Source of the DNA: Nymphaea colorata
Lineage: Eukaryota
Assembly: GCF_008831285.2 (NCBI RefSeq)
Contig: NC_045138.2
Span: 17,980,001-18,044,000 of the forward strand
Direction: 5' to 3'
DNA length: 64,000 nucleotides
The notes below the pieces were generated by a model. It was not told the origin of the DNA. It worked only from the letters and a program-made list of their open reading frames with translations, and made no database searches. Below, one piece after another: positions 26,516 to 40,539 of this stretch. Within the stretch, counting starts at the first letter, position 1, and every line of letters begins with the position of its first letter. The translations under genes and the position numbers were made by a program.

Positions 26516-28223
26516 TGAGTGTTCCAGTGATCTGGTCGAACCTTTGGGTGAATGCATGAAACATTTGGATACTGTTCCCATTGCCAAACTTGGCACCCGC
26601 TGCATACATGTGTACGCACATGCTTTCCTGTCACACGTGCACATCCAAATGCATACCAAAACATATACGTGAATGCCGAGTGAAATATCCATCTGCATTC
26701 GAGGTTTCTGTATCCTGATCAGGCTGGTTTCTGTATCAAGCAAAATCAAAGCTTAGTAATTTAGCTTATACGCATTTTGTCTACAAAACGCTGTGATTCA
26801 GGTGAATAATCAGATCCTCTGGAGACACCATGAAAATCTAGTTATTGGGAATTTTTTTTTGGTGAGTGAATTGAAGTTTCCATATTTAGTTGCCAATTCT
26901 TACTGGCTTCTCGTTTGAGTAAAAACCCAAATGATAAATCCTTTATCTTTGTTTTGAGGGGGAAAAGAAAAACTAAGAATAGTTTTCATAGTTAACGGGA
27001 AAGAAAGTAAGAAAAATAAAAATTTATGCCATTGGCAAGATAAAGAACCAAAAATCTTGCCCTTTCGTGTAAATCGATGAAAGCTTCAGAGCCACGACGT
27101 AAGGCGGAGAAAAGAACCGACCCTTTTCGTTGTGGTTGCGAGATGGGCCTCCATCCCTTGTCCTGTGTAAAGGCCAATCCTTGGCTGATAAAGGGGTGGG
27201 GACACTTGATTAATAACCTTGCTCCATGGGAAAAAGCATTCCAAAAAGTAATCTTCATGAGAAAGGAAGATATTGGAGATGATGGCATATAAAATAATGG
27301 CCGGTACCTCTCATGTGGTTGTGTTTTTTGCCATGCCAACCATAAAGCAAATCTCTACGTGTTCAAATAAATATAGTTCAAAGCATGTTCTTTGAATAAA
27401 TAATTAGTTCCTTTTTTTTTCCTTTCGTTGGTAGGCTAAGGGATAATATTTGAATGACTAGGCTGATGAATCCGGGAACCGTCCCAGTTGAAGGAATAGA
27501 AGAAACAAAGGCGCATAGCACACCACATGGTTCACCGCGACATCTTCATAAATCTTTAAAATATTTAACATTATAATTTATTCAATAAGAAGTTGGTGGC
27601 GTGTTACTGTCTGAAAATATGGTGTAAATAATAACAAAATTTTTTCTCATAATGCCTTTTGAAATAAGCATCGTTTACAGAGAATCGGAGAAATAAGCAT
27701 CCTTTTGGAACAAGTCGCTGATTCACATCGAGGTCTCGTCAAGTATATATACAGAAAAATGAAAGCTTAAAAGACCTCTCAGCCTCGTTCATCACCTTGT
27801 TATCTCCTTTCTTTATTTCTTCCGCTTTAATGATGGAAAGGTTGCCACATGACATGTTGGGAAGAAGACAAGCTTTGCTGCCGAAACTTTTGGCCAGTAG
27901 GGCCCACGTTGCTGCAGGACAAACTCACGAATTTATTTGATTAAATCAACAATGAGACCCACTTACAAATTTTCAGTAAATTTAGCTTCCTTTCTTAAAA
28001 GGAGTACTATTTAAATAATTTCTCCTTTTCAAAGTGATGACAATAATCAATTTCATATTAACAGGGTAAGCCTAATATTTCACCAAAATGAATATGAAAA
28101 ACAGGGATACCGAAAGTATCCATGAATTGCTTACATACATCAAAATTAGATGTTATTTTTTCTCTTTTTCAGCTTGTGTACATAATTACACTACATGGGG
28201 ATGTTGGGGGGCAGGCAGACTTT

Positions 28224-31200
28224 TCATGGCTCCTGACTGTGCACGCGGCAGTGGAGCTCCATAATCTCTGGGTGATTTGGGTCCAAAGAGAGCGCTGCCC
28301 TGCAGTCACGGAGCGCTCCGGAGACGTCGCCGATGCTCTCATGGAAGGCGGCACGCAAGTGCAAGAGATGAAGATCCGCTTTGAATGCGATTGCCTTTGT
28401 CAACTCAGCAATCGCTTCCTTCTCTTCATGGTTGTCCATTAACACTGAACAGCAAAGAGGAAACATGAGTTGACAGCAGGGCAAAGAGCCCACTAAACAA
28501 AAGAAACATTAAAATTAGTGAACAATGTCAAAGAACAAGTTCATGATGAACAAAGTTCATGATGGTGCAAGTAATGGAATGATGATTACAGAGCAGTACT
28601 GCAATGAAATGTGCATGCACAGAAAGATGAGCAGAGGTACAAGCAATCAGGGAACTCAACCAACAAACAAAACAAGCATTAAACTTAGTGAGCAATGTCA
28701 AAGAAGAACAAGTTCATAATGGTGCAAGTAATGCAATGATTAGCTTACAGAGCAGTACGGCAATCAAATGTGCATGTGGTACAAGCAATCAGGGAACTCC
28801 GAGCACGAGCGGGCTTTTCAACGATTAGGTGCTTCAATCATATGCGTGACTTACTGATTTACAAGACATTAAATAATGCAGAATTGACAAAAATCGGTTA
28901 TTAAATATTTAAGCTGTTCTCTTCCTTAGAATGCCTTGATTAGTTTTGACAGTTGCACTGACAATCTGTATTTGGAAATAATCCCTTGATTAGTTTTGAC
29001 AGTTGCACTGACAATCTGTATTTGGAAATACGAACACAGCAAAATATAGAAGAATTTGGAAATAAAAGCCCAATACAACAATGAGGCAGAGCTTATTTCC
29101 ACCATTTAGGATTTGGATGAGGATCTGGGGATAAATCCATATTTACAAAGTAGCAACATAGTTTCTACACAAGGGGGGATACAGGACCCAGTCAATATGG
29201 AGATTCCATGTGGACTTCCATCTTCCATGCAAACGTAACAAGCAAAAGCTGAATGCAACAAAGCATGGAAAACAATGGCAAAAGAACATTGTCAATAATA
29301 ATTTGAGGAACATGCTTACTGGTCAGTGCTGACCGACCAACAATGATCGTCAACTTTGTGCAAACAATTAAGGCAGCATAAGAAAACAAATACTTTTCAA
29401 GATGTAACATGCTTTCCCATCTGGCATTTGAAAATCTAATAAAACTTGCATCTCTACAAGCCGACAGAAAGACACAATTAGAATATGTCTACGTCTATCT
29501 ATGCATAGAAAGAAATTTGAGAATGAAATCAACATTTATCATAATCTCAGCTGGTATTCTATGAAGTGACAAGTGAATTTTTCATACCTGCAGCCCTATA
29601 TCTGTATGGGTATACACGCAAAGGGTCCAACTGAGTAACCATTTTCAAGTCCTCTTTCGTCAGATCACGATCACAATACTCAGACCTTTTCTCATATGCT
29701 GAAGCATTGTTCTTAGCCTTCTCAATCAACTTCGTCATTTCCTCATATGCTGCTTCTCTGTTGTTATTAAGGTAATGTACACGAGCAAGACCTTGGTGAG
29801 CTCGGGTATGGCGGATCTTGAGGGCGTTTATATAACAATCAGCAGCCATATCCAGCTTTCTACACTCCACGTATACGCTGCCTAGATTGTTAAGGGCCTG
29901 GATCATAGAAATCAAGAAAAGTAGAGCATATATCGTCAGGATATGCCAGCTCACAAAAATCTGGGTATAAACTAGTTACTTTCTGACAATGTGAACTGCA
30001 TTGAAACAAGCACCATTAACTCCACATCATGTACGTTAGCCATCATCCTATGGAGAAAGTGAATTTTCCAACAAAGGGGAAAAACACTATTTTCTAACCA
30101 ATTTGTTGTTTTATGCCCCAATTCACTTTTCCATCACCAAGCACGTGAAGTTCCATATGATGGATTCTCAAGAAAATGGTATCTTGAATAATCAGCCTTC
30201 CATGCTCAGGGACATGGGCACTTCAAGATGACCAGTATACCGAACATTTAAGTACGATCCTTTTCCAAATAAGATGAAAAGACACTCAACATTTACACCC
30301 TAGGAAAGTACCATGTTTCAGCATGTGAGCAGTGCCATCAAAATTAGTTGACCAAAACCCAACTGCAAGTTGGCCGTTATTTAATCATGAAAGCATTTAT
30401 TCATTAAATTACTGTTAATCCATTAACAACATCCCACAGGAAATGAAAGAGGGTCCATGAGTTGGCATTTGCAAAAAAATTTAGCGCTAGGGTGTTCCCA
30501 AATGCATCTTTGATGATGAACATTTTGGAAGTTGGAGCTCAATTACCCAAACTTGGTGTAAGGATAGGACTTGTTCAGCTGGCAATATACACGTTATATA
30601 CATGCTTGCTATTATTAAGTAAAAAAGGAAGATATACTCATGGTTGATGATAGCGTGGCCAACATATCTTTGCTAGGATAAATATTGGTCATGGTTCTCC
30701 TAGAGTCCTAGCCAGAGATAAATAAAAGTTACACTTGTTCTTGTGTATGTGCATGTACTTATCTTTTCACCCAACAACATAACAGATCAAATTACAAACC
30801 TGTCCTTTACGAAGCCTGTCTGAAGGGCACTTCAAAGCATCTTCAAGAAGAGATATAACTTTCATGGAATATGAAGGATCAGGACTAGAATCTGCCAAGG
30901 CATATGCCTTGAGAAAGAATGCTTCAAATGACCTCTGAAGATTAAGTGATTCCTCTGCCTTGCGAAGTCCTTCCTCACAATGCCCTGTGTCATACAAAAT
31001 CCAACCCTCATAAACAAGACGCTCGGGCTCAGTGGCTGCATGCTGACGTGCTAATTGGAGACTCCTCATAGCTGCTTCTGGACAGTTCAGTCTGATTTGG
31101 CAAAAATAAAAATTAATTCAACTGATGCGTGACAACAGGACAACACATAATAAATTCAAAATGCAAATCATTCTCACAGAGAACAGAGTCAACAGACAAT

Positions 31201-33527
31201 GAAAATGTACCTAAGCAGAAGCAAAGATTGTCTGAAATATAACACCCCTTTCACGGGATCAGATTCAAGCATCTGGTATATTACAGATAAGGAACCGATA
31301 TCATCAACCGAGGACCATCGTTCATAAAGTTGCAACCAACAATCAGCCATCGTCCAAGGCCTGACATGCTCTTGAACAAGGGTGTGCAGCTGGGAAGCTG
31401 CCACACGACCCTGAAACATCCTGTATTGGGGATTCAAAGTAAGAATTGCCTGAATATCTGACAGTGCAGATCTGTAATCCTCAATCAAGAGATAGAAGCA
31501 AAACCGAAGCTCCAAGCATTCCAAGGACAATTTGAATCCAAGAACGCGATTTATTTCCGTTAATGCCGCCTGCATGTTTTCTTCTCTCATGAGAATGGCA
31601 GCTCGATACATGTAAGGGTAAACAAGAGTCGGGTCCAATTCTGTCGCTTTTTCCAGATCCTGCCACCTTTTTTCACTATCACAGTATAGAGACCGTTCCT
31701 GATACATCCACCCCAGAGGGTTATGCGAATCAATTGCTGAGCTGATCTTCTCGTATGCTGAAACTTGATTTTCCCGTTTACAAGTGACTCTAGCCAAGCC
31801 AGCAATCGAATAAACATGCCCCGCTTGGTAAGCTGCATCAAATAGCTGCCTTGATTTGTCATATTCTTTTCTTAACAGTCGCATGCATGCAAGTTGATGA
31901 AGTGCCAATTGTTTCTGCCTAATATCGCTTGCACACTCCACTAGTCTTTCCAGGAAGCTAATTGTAAAATCTGAAGCTGGGTGGCTGTTCATTGCAACCT
32001 CACTAAGAAAACAGAAGAGAGAAAATGAGGCATGACCAACCATAAGTGCTCTTTGATGAGCATCGACATTACAAAAGATGCTAGTAACCTGTTCATCATT
32101 CAAGCAGTCTGGAAGATCATGTAGAAACACTTGTAGACAGGAAGCAGCAGTTACTGGGGAGTTTTCATGCAAAGCATACTCCATAAGGTTGACTGCGTCC
32201 TGCCTGCTGCAAACCATAGCTGCAAGCTTCCGATCACAAACATCTTTAAGCTTTTCACAACAAAACTTGTTTGCAAAGCTCAATATTTCAAGTATTGATT
32301 CTGCAGGCAAATCCTTCAACTCATTGGTCTGGCTAAATTCACTTATTGCCCTCATACTCAACGGAGAGATCCCATTCTCAGATAGATCAATTTCTTCCTG
32401 TGATGATTCCGTGAAACATCCATTGAGCATCGTCCGGAAAGGAATAGATAGAGCTGCCATCTTTTGGCGATCACACTCTACCTTATCATCTCCTATCTTG
32501 AATATCACATAATCAGAAAGGCCTATAGTGTTATAATCTCCGGTCTTTATGTCTTGAGAACCCTGAGCCCCAAAATCAAGTTGCGAAGACGCAATGTCCA
32601 AATAACCAAACTCTTGAGTACATTTGCCACAAGAGGCAAGCAAATCAGCGATCAATTCTTCTCCTTGCTTTTCATACTTCAACCATGCACCAAAAACCAG
32701 CCGCTCGTGTATGGTGCTGGCGTTCAGCCAAGCAGACCTGAGGCTTCGGCGAAGCAATTTCACCTCCCCAAGACCCCGAAACACATGAAACTGCAACAAA
32801 TAGAGGCTTGCCTTGTCATGGACGTCAGAATTCTCGAGCTCTTCGTGAATCTGAGCTAGGATCTCAACATAATCGAGTGGCTTAAAATGTGGAAGGATCG
32901 GTGGTTCTGCTACCTTGACGAGAGGTTCACTATGACAACAACAAGCACAAACATTAGCTTCGAACCGAATGAGAAAACAGAACCCGAAAGAAGACGAACT
33001 ACTGACGGCAATTGCTCATAGAAGCAGTTCAACGGGGGTAGAATCCGACCACAGAACTAAAAACAATGAAGCCAAACGTTTTTTAAATTGATGTAGAGAA
33101 GAAAGACCCAGCTAAGGGGAAAACTCAATAAGAAATTGCATCTTAAAAAAGGGAAAATGGGTTCAAATGTTACTTTCTGCACTAGGAATCACCAATTTTT
33201 ACACGAATTAGATGATCACAGTACCAAAATACATATCCCTTAACATGGGCGCAGAAACCTACCAACAGGAACAACCAGAGCGACGGGAACGCAAACCCAA
33301 TATTTCAGACAGAAGCCGCTCAAGTATGGTTATTGCTGTCAGATAGGATGCCCAGAAGAACCGAATGGACAAACGGAAGAGAGACAGAGAGAGAGAGAGA
33401 GAGCTTACTTGCAGGAATACGAAGCGAGCTTGGCAAGCTTCCCCCTCTCAACCTGAAGCCATGACTGAGGGTTAAGGGCATGCAGTTGGGTCTCCTTACA
33501 CGAGTCTGAAAAGAAGGGCTTTCTCAT
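28224..33527 (-). CDS. EOL1: ETO1-like protein 1 (BTB/POZ + TPR, CUL3 adaptor for type-2 ACC synthases), copy A, ~886 aa
   Basis: Exons 33527-33409, 32929-31211, 31091-30800, 29897-29588, 28444-28224. GT-AG introns, 2661 nt in frame. Has the N-terminal LNPQSWLQVERGKL motif, BTB (ILSFANKFCCEKLKDVCD), TPRs and C-terminal RVHSQEP. Confidence 0.93.
28934..29030. repeat. 50-bp tandem duplication in EOL1 copy A intron 4
   Basis: CCTTGATTAGTTTTGACAGTTGCACTGACAATCTGTATTTGGAAATA x2; single in copy B (~55373). Confidence 0.9.
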
Positions 33528-34050
33528 ACCACCAAACAAGAAACCTCTTCTCTCTTCCCCAGGTCTCCAAAATCCTCCTCTGGATCCCACAGGGTTCGTC
33601 AAGAAGCACAACAGAGCTACAACAAACCTCCCACTCTGAACCAAATATATCCAGAACCTTTGCACCACAAAGAAAAGGCGCTCAAAACACCCACAGCCCC
33701 TACCAAAACCTTAGAAACTTTGAAGCAGACAAAGGGGGAAAATTAGAGGAAAAGAAAAAAAAGCCCTCCTCTGATCTCCAAAACTATACCTCACACTCAC
33801 AGGCTCACAGCAAGAACCAAATAACAAAAGAAAAGGGGAAAAAAAAACCCCACTATTTTAATCCCAAAATAATCCTACCGAGCGGAAAAGGATTTAAAGA
33901 AAAGGGGGAGAACACACAAACTGTAGCCACAAAAGCAACAGAACTTATACCACTGTTGGGAAATGGAGCCAATAACCAGAAAAACGAAAATAGGCCGCAC
34001 AAAAAAAGGAAGAAAAAGACCTTTACTCTGCTCAAACGGCTCTATTTCAC

Positions 34051-34085
<35 letters not shown>

Positions 34086-36135
34086 CTAGTCAAATTTTTT
34101 TTTCAACTACTGAACTCTCCCAATGGTTCACGCAGAGTGAATCAGTGTGCCACCATGACTTTTTATTCCATTAAAAGAGAAGAGAACTGCAGAGAAGATA
34201 ACAGAAATCTCTGACACCCTCATTATTGCAGGGGAAGGGAGGAAAAACCCATTGTGCATATGCCAAGGTTCCGAAAAATGCAATAGAAAAAAGAGAGCCC
34301 AACCACAAATGAATGCATCGGCCGCCCTTAAATAAGAAAGCAGTAAAACATTTCTTTCGCAGATTGTTGGCATTTAAGAGGATTGATCCGGTGGAGGCTG
34401 ACCCTTCCCGGCAGTGGTGTGAGGACCATCCACCTTTTTAGTGGCGCGTATAAAGCCAGCTTGCTCTGCTCAAGATGAGGCCTTTTGGACCTCGGTCTGT
34501 CTGCCTCTGGTAACTCCCCACCATGCTTCAGTCAAATCACCGGCACCCAAGAATCTAGAATTTGTTGTCAACTCGTTCTTTTTACCTTGTCTTTCATAAC
34601 TGCAGTATATACTATCCTTTTTAGATCTGGTCTTGAGATATTTTGGCAAAAAAAAAAAAACAACAGAAGAAAACTGGATTTTTGTTGGACGCACAAGTAA
34701 ATAAGCTCGACAAGATATACACGCCTGACATGAATATAGATAAAAAAAAAAAAAAACAGCAAGATTTAGGCGTTTTTTCTATGCTTAATCTCACTGTAAA
34801 AGCACAAGGCTTGCAAAAAACATAAGCGTTATAAGACCAACAAAGTTAAGAACTCCCACAAAGAAAATCTTATTTTTAATTCAGATAAGCTAACATTTTT
34901 TTCCCTTGGAGAATCGAATTTCAGTGTTTATAGAGCTGTGACCAACTACATAGGAAGCCATCGCAGTCACACATAAGGACTTCATCACCACCAGAAACTA
35001 TGTGTTCCTGTTTAACTTTATAATCTGATAACAGAACTAAAAAAGTGAAAAAGAAATTGCTTAACTACCATCTTTGGTGAGAATTATTATAATTTAATGG
35101 CAATAATACTGGGATGGGGTCACCTGGTCAATCAAACATCATGTGCACTGCCAATCTGGTGACATCGACATGATTAGTTTCTTCAGAATTAAAAAAAACC
35201 AGGAACAAGATGAACTCCGTTTATGGCCGATCTCCATGGCATTTCCTAGAGAGAGAAACCGGAAGGGAGACGTTTGGCTTCATTAGTGTACGGCTCTGAG
35301 CGCACATGGAGGGGGTGGCTCCTCCTTTTCGTATCCTTCGCTTAATAGGTTACCAGCTGTGACAGTGCTGTAGCACATCGCGTCTCATGCCTTCCCTCAT
35401 CTTTCTGTAGTGTCATCATTAATTACTTTTAATTAGTTGATTAATCAGTTAATTAACTACTCTATCTTGTTGACTGTATCGAATTAAAATCGCTTTTTGA
35501 TGATGTGATACATGATTCTTGTGTGTGAGTTTTTTCAGCACACCCAAATCCAACATTCGTTAAAACAAGCGTTCAAGTTTGGACATAATTGAATTTCAAA
35601 CCTGAGAAAGAACGGGGTTTGACTAAGGGTCCGAACAACGCCAAAGCCTTCACCCAACTTTTCATCCACATAGATTGCTTTGGTGCATAAAAGTGGTGGC
35701 ATTATTGCGCTTAAACTTGCTAGTCAGTGACCCATCATTTTCAGCACAATGAATTGACACTTTGGAGGTTTGAAAGGGTGATTGGTCGCCTGCTAGACCC
35801 TAGAGATCCCGTTGTACCAAAGTCCAAACCGAGAGGTTTAGATTTTGGAACTATACCACTTAGAATAAAAATGGCAATGGATCAAATTAAAATATGATAT
35901 TATCGTGACAATGTCATATTATTCTCAAATTATTAAATTCAACGAAAGCTAGATCCTCATTTTTACATATAATCAGGTTTAGATGTCCGTTAAGATGTTT
36001 GCTTGTTTCTAAGAAAAAGTGTACACGGTATCTGCATCCGAATACTAATTGAATCAAAAATAAGTTTTCTTATCGAACATAACTTCTTCAATTCTCACTC
36101 AATCATATATTTAAATTATATCCAAACATAATGAC

Positions 36136-36374
36136 GGGGCTGCGAATCGGGCCGGGTACGTACTCAGACCAACTGGAATCTGAGTTCATACGCTAAAACT
36201 AATTATGGGGCCAGTTAGGTGGGTCCAATAACTTATTTTTAATATTATTTTATTCAAATACATATAATTATATATTTTATTATAATTATTATATGTATAA
36301 ATTAAAGTATATTTAAAAATATAAATTTTATTATCATAAGATTGGCCCAGGCCTGAGGCTCGGGGTTGCAGGCA
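36136..36374. mobile_element. Probable MITE remnant (GC-rich ends, AT-rich core)
   Basis: Ends GGGGCTGCGAATCGGGCC and GGCTCGGGGTTGCAGG are partly complementary; no clear TSD. Confidence 0.4.
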
Positions 36375-37861
36375 GCCTGGCTAGGCCCGAGCTATGTTTC
36401 TTTTTTTTTTTTTTTTTTATAAATATACAATGTAGTGTGGTTTTGAGATCCTCATAGCTGAAATCCACAATTTGTTGAAACTGTAGATTTCGGCCATTGT
36501 TGATTTTGGATCCCCCGGACCTGAGATCCATGGGCGTTGTTGTTCATTCGTTGGAATTAACGTACATAAATCATAAAGATAGGTTTCTATTGTCATCATA
36601 ATCATAGGTTTCTTTTGTCATCGTAGAAAAGTAAAGTCCAATACAAGAAACCAGACTTGAAAATCTAGTCTCCTTTTATGAATCGCTTTACTAATTTCTC
36701 TATCTTTATATATATATATATATATATAACTGAAACACATAGATAATATCTTCTATTGGTTTTTGAACTTGATGCATGCACCAATTTTTGACACAATTTC
36801 TTGTTCATATTGAAGCCCCCAATAAAATGTCATATTCTATGAAAGTCAATAATTAATTACAAGTAGGGTTGATTGGTTGTGCGATCCACCAAATCGTTTT
36901 ACTCAGGGAAGTATAAATGGTGGTTTCGATTAGACCTAAGCACTATCGAAATGGATGCAATCCAACCTTGCCGGAATCGCATTCTTCTGTTTGAGCTGCC
37001 ATTAAGATAGGTTTGAGATTATTATAGTTCTATAATCCCCAAGGTTCATGACTATCAACTAAAGTATCGCACATCTATCAAGAAATGACATATATAAGAA
37101 TCGAACTGACGACAAGACTTTTGCTGACACACCAGTCCGACCAGCTACACTATGCACATCAATGAATACAAACATGCATGTATTATCCTTGTAAGGCTTG
37201 AATTATTATCGAAGCAATCTATTAGAACTATTTTGTTATCTATCTCTTACCATACCACAATATTCATACTTTTAATCAACTACATGCACATTTTGTATAT
37301 AATAACAAAGATTAGGGTTAGGGTTTTGAGGCATATATATTTGGCATGACATGAACATGATGAAGCTAAAACGATCCCCACATGCAATCGCGGGTCCATT
37401 AGACACTTCATCATTATGCCATGTTTCAATTTCTTAAACTTGAAAAACAAATATTTGTGGTTCCAAGATCATAGTCAAACTTCCAGTGGCCCTGAAGCAT
37501 GTAGTATTCATTTATTAGAACAAAATATTGGATCGTGTCTAGCATCATTTGGACATTGTCATCATCAAGTATCGTCTCATCTTCCTAGTTGCATGTACCA
37601 TGAGTTGTCTTCCGTCTGAAGTCATTTCATTTCCGAGTGTGTGACAGGTTCTTCCTATGTTGGCTTACCAGCTACTTTTCCATCCTAGGGCAAGCAGATC
37701 AGCTCGAACTTTTATTTATATACACGAAGCAATTAAAGTAACTATCTGGTTTCGTTATATCAAAGCTGGATTTATATTTTAAATGTGTTATATAGCTGCT
37801 CTTTGTAAACAAATTTAACACGGGGATCTTAATCACTTGAACTCCTTGATCTTTTTAGTTG

Positions 37862-37892
<31 letters not shown>

Positions 37893-39310
37893 AATTTCAT
37901 AAGAATTGTTTTCTGATGGTTCGAAAAGCACATTTTAACCAAGAAACTGGTTGGCTTAATACTTTTTCAGTTCTAAATAACTCTTAAGATCATCACCATA
38001 TCTAGTAAAAAGTAATAAACCGAGTTAATAGTCCTTTTTCCTGTAAATAGATAAGAAGTTGTACACTTCTTCCAATTTTTTTTTTCCCTTCTGCTTGGAG
38101 AGAGTTGTTGACTTGCCCCCAAAATATAACGAGTGCTAAAGGTTGTTGGCTTGCTCCCAAGACAAGCAAATTTAATCTAATTTAGTTTATCATGTCCTTG
38201 AATCAAGGAGACTTTTGGGTTCCAGAAAAGGAAAAAGTATTGGAACCAACTGATCCAACAAACCTCTCCATTGTCAACTCTCTATTCGATCATGAGACTT
38301 TCAATTGGATATTGAAAGATTGCTGATCGGGTAAAAAGATTCAACTGCTGAAGAATATAATATATTACTTTTTGCTGCATTGGCATGTTTCTTTTTACTT
38401 TTTGAACGGGTGAAGAAAACATAGCCCGCTGTCCGAGGCAAAGGGGCTAGCCAGTTACAACCTTTAAAATTTGAAATATATATAAAGAAAGTATGATGAA
38501 ACTTTGAAAAGAGTTTCCCTCCTGAAAATTTTGATAAAATAATAGCAACATTAGGAGGAACAGTTTGATTGATATAATTTCTCAGATATGTGGTTCTGAT
38601 GTTACAGACTGTGTGTGTCTGATTTTAAATCCGCGGATCTCAAATCTTGAGAATATGACACGTATCTCACCACAATCTTGTGCCTCCTTCAATACATTTT
38701 GATGTCGTTACGGAACCGGAAGGCTACATTTACGAAACGGCACTTTTTTCTTTGTTTTGTACAGAGCGCCTGTTTTGGTGGATGCAAACACGAGCCGTTT
38801 TGTCCCTGCTTTGTAAGTTGCACGTTTGACGTTACTGTCTCTATTTCGGTCATGTTAGAAAATATTTTGATATTAAAAATTTCAAAAAAGAGTTGATATT
38901 TGTTACATATTTGGATTTGAATTCAATTGCAAATATGTGAATAAAATTTTATTCCATACATGTATATATGATAAAAACCCACTTCCAAAATATACAGATA
39001 CTGAATATAGGAATTTTAACTAGCAATATTGACGTTTATTATTCAATAAAAACATTTATTTAAGACCAAGTTCAAATTAGATCGAATGTCATTTCTTGGG
39101 ACTTGTTCCGATTTGGTTCCTTAATCGGACGTTACATTTTTTTCTCATACCTATCTCATTTAAAATAATTTGTCAGAATTCAGTCCATTAACATTCCTAA
39201 ATGCATTGCCCGCTACTTCAGAGTTTAAGTCGAGCCCTGCTGCTCACGTTAAAATCAAGTTAAAAAAAAAACAATTTATTACTCTTACAACTTCATTAAT
39301 ATATCTGCCG

Positions 39311-39423
39311 TTACATGGTTTTAATACAACTCGACAACATTTATATTAATATTACATGCGTTTAATACAACTCGACAACATTTATATTAATATTACATGC
39401 TTTTAATACAACTCGACAACATT
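39311..39423. repeat. 41-bp minisatellite x2.7
   Basis: TTACATG..TTTAATACAACTCGACAACATTTATATTAATA units. Confidence 0.85.
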
Positions 39424-40482
39424 AAAGATCAACAGTGGATCTTGAGTATACATTTTTACGAAAAGAGTACTAATGAGTAAATATATGAGTATGCGTGGAC
39501 TTCTTAGAAAGTAAGTGAAAGTCCATAATTTTCTTTACTTTTGGAGCCAACGTATCAGTTCTCCAAGAGAATGTTGTTCTTATTTTCCGTGAGCACGTTG
39601 AAGAGATATTTGAACCATCTACGGAGCAGCGGTAAATTAAACTCTTTTCTAACTGATAAGGACAGTAAAAATAAATAAATAAATAAACGCAGAAACAATT
39701 AACTAAGACACCGATGAGAGTTGCAATCTTCTCGCAAACACGCACTTCCTTAAAAAAAAAAAGTTGATTATAATTTTTTTTAAAGAAACATTATGAGGTT
39801 TGATTTTCAAGGGACATAATATAGCGGATCGGATTAACCAAACAAAAACTATAACTATGCATTGGCATTATGCTCATTATCTTGACTTAACATAGATTGA
39901 TTGGGCAGCTGCTGGTTCGAGAGCAGTTGTTGGTTTGGTGCCCGCAAACATCAAATTTCTACCGACGGTACGAAGCAGGTATATCGCCCAGGCGAGGGGT
40001 TAACCAAACTTAGGATTTTATTTTCCCAACGGCGAAGGCGAAGTTTCTCGGCTTGAGTGCAGTTTTCTTATGTCACAAGAAATAAAAGAAATTTGAAGCC
40101 AGGAAAGGAAAACCCAGTCTCAAACTCTCCTACCAATAGGAGTAAAACCTTTACCTCAAAATAATACTTCTTCCTTTGGCATCCTCACACCATGCTAGCT
40201 AACTAGTTCTCCTAATGAGGGCAAAGCTCCAATATGGCTCAAAAGAGCAGAGATGATCATTAAATTCTGAATTGAGATATAAATCGCAATTTCAAAATTG
40301 CAATATTGTCATACAATAACAAGTATATCACATATTTCTAAAGATAGAAGCTTAGATTTTTTTTTTATTGTGTCTTCAACTCATGCAAAAATCTTATGTG
40401 CAAAACTTAGTTTTGAGCGGAAATTTTTGGCGAAAGAGCACTAATTCAAAAAACTTTAAACCCTAAGAACAATTGAATGACA

Positions 40483-40484
<2 letters not shown>

Positions 40485-40537
<53 letters not shown>
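40485..40537. repeat. (AT)n microsatellite (paralog at ~63848-63889)
   Basis: Pure AT dinucleotide run. Further AT runs at ~4130, 36706, 37862, 42656 and 48098. Confidence 0.9.

Positions 40538-40539
<2 letters not shown>

Noticed and set aside
30462..30647. 61-aa ORF nearly identical in both copies (56842-57027)
   Set aside because: TTG start, antisense within intron 3; conservation is explained by the identical tract.
32078..32859. Plus-strand ORFs of 144 and 131 aa (and counterparts at 58647-59239)
   Set aside because: Antisense shadows of the EOL1 coding exon, and their lengths are not preserved between copies.
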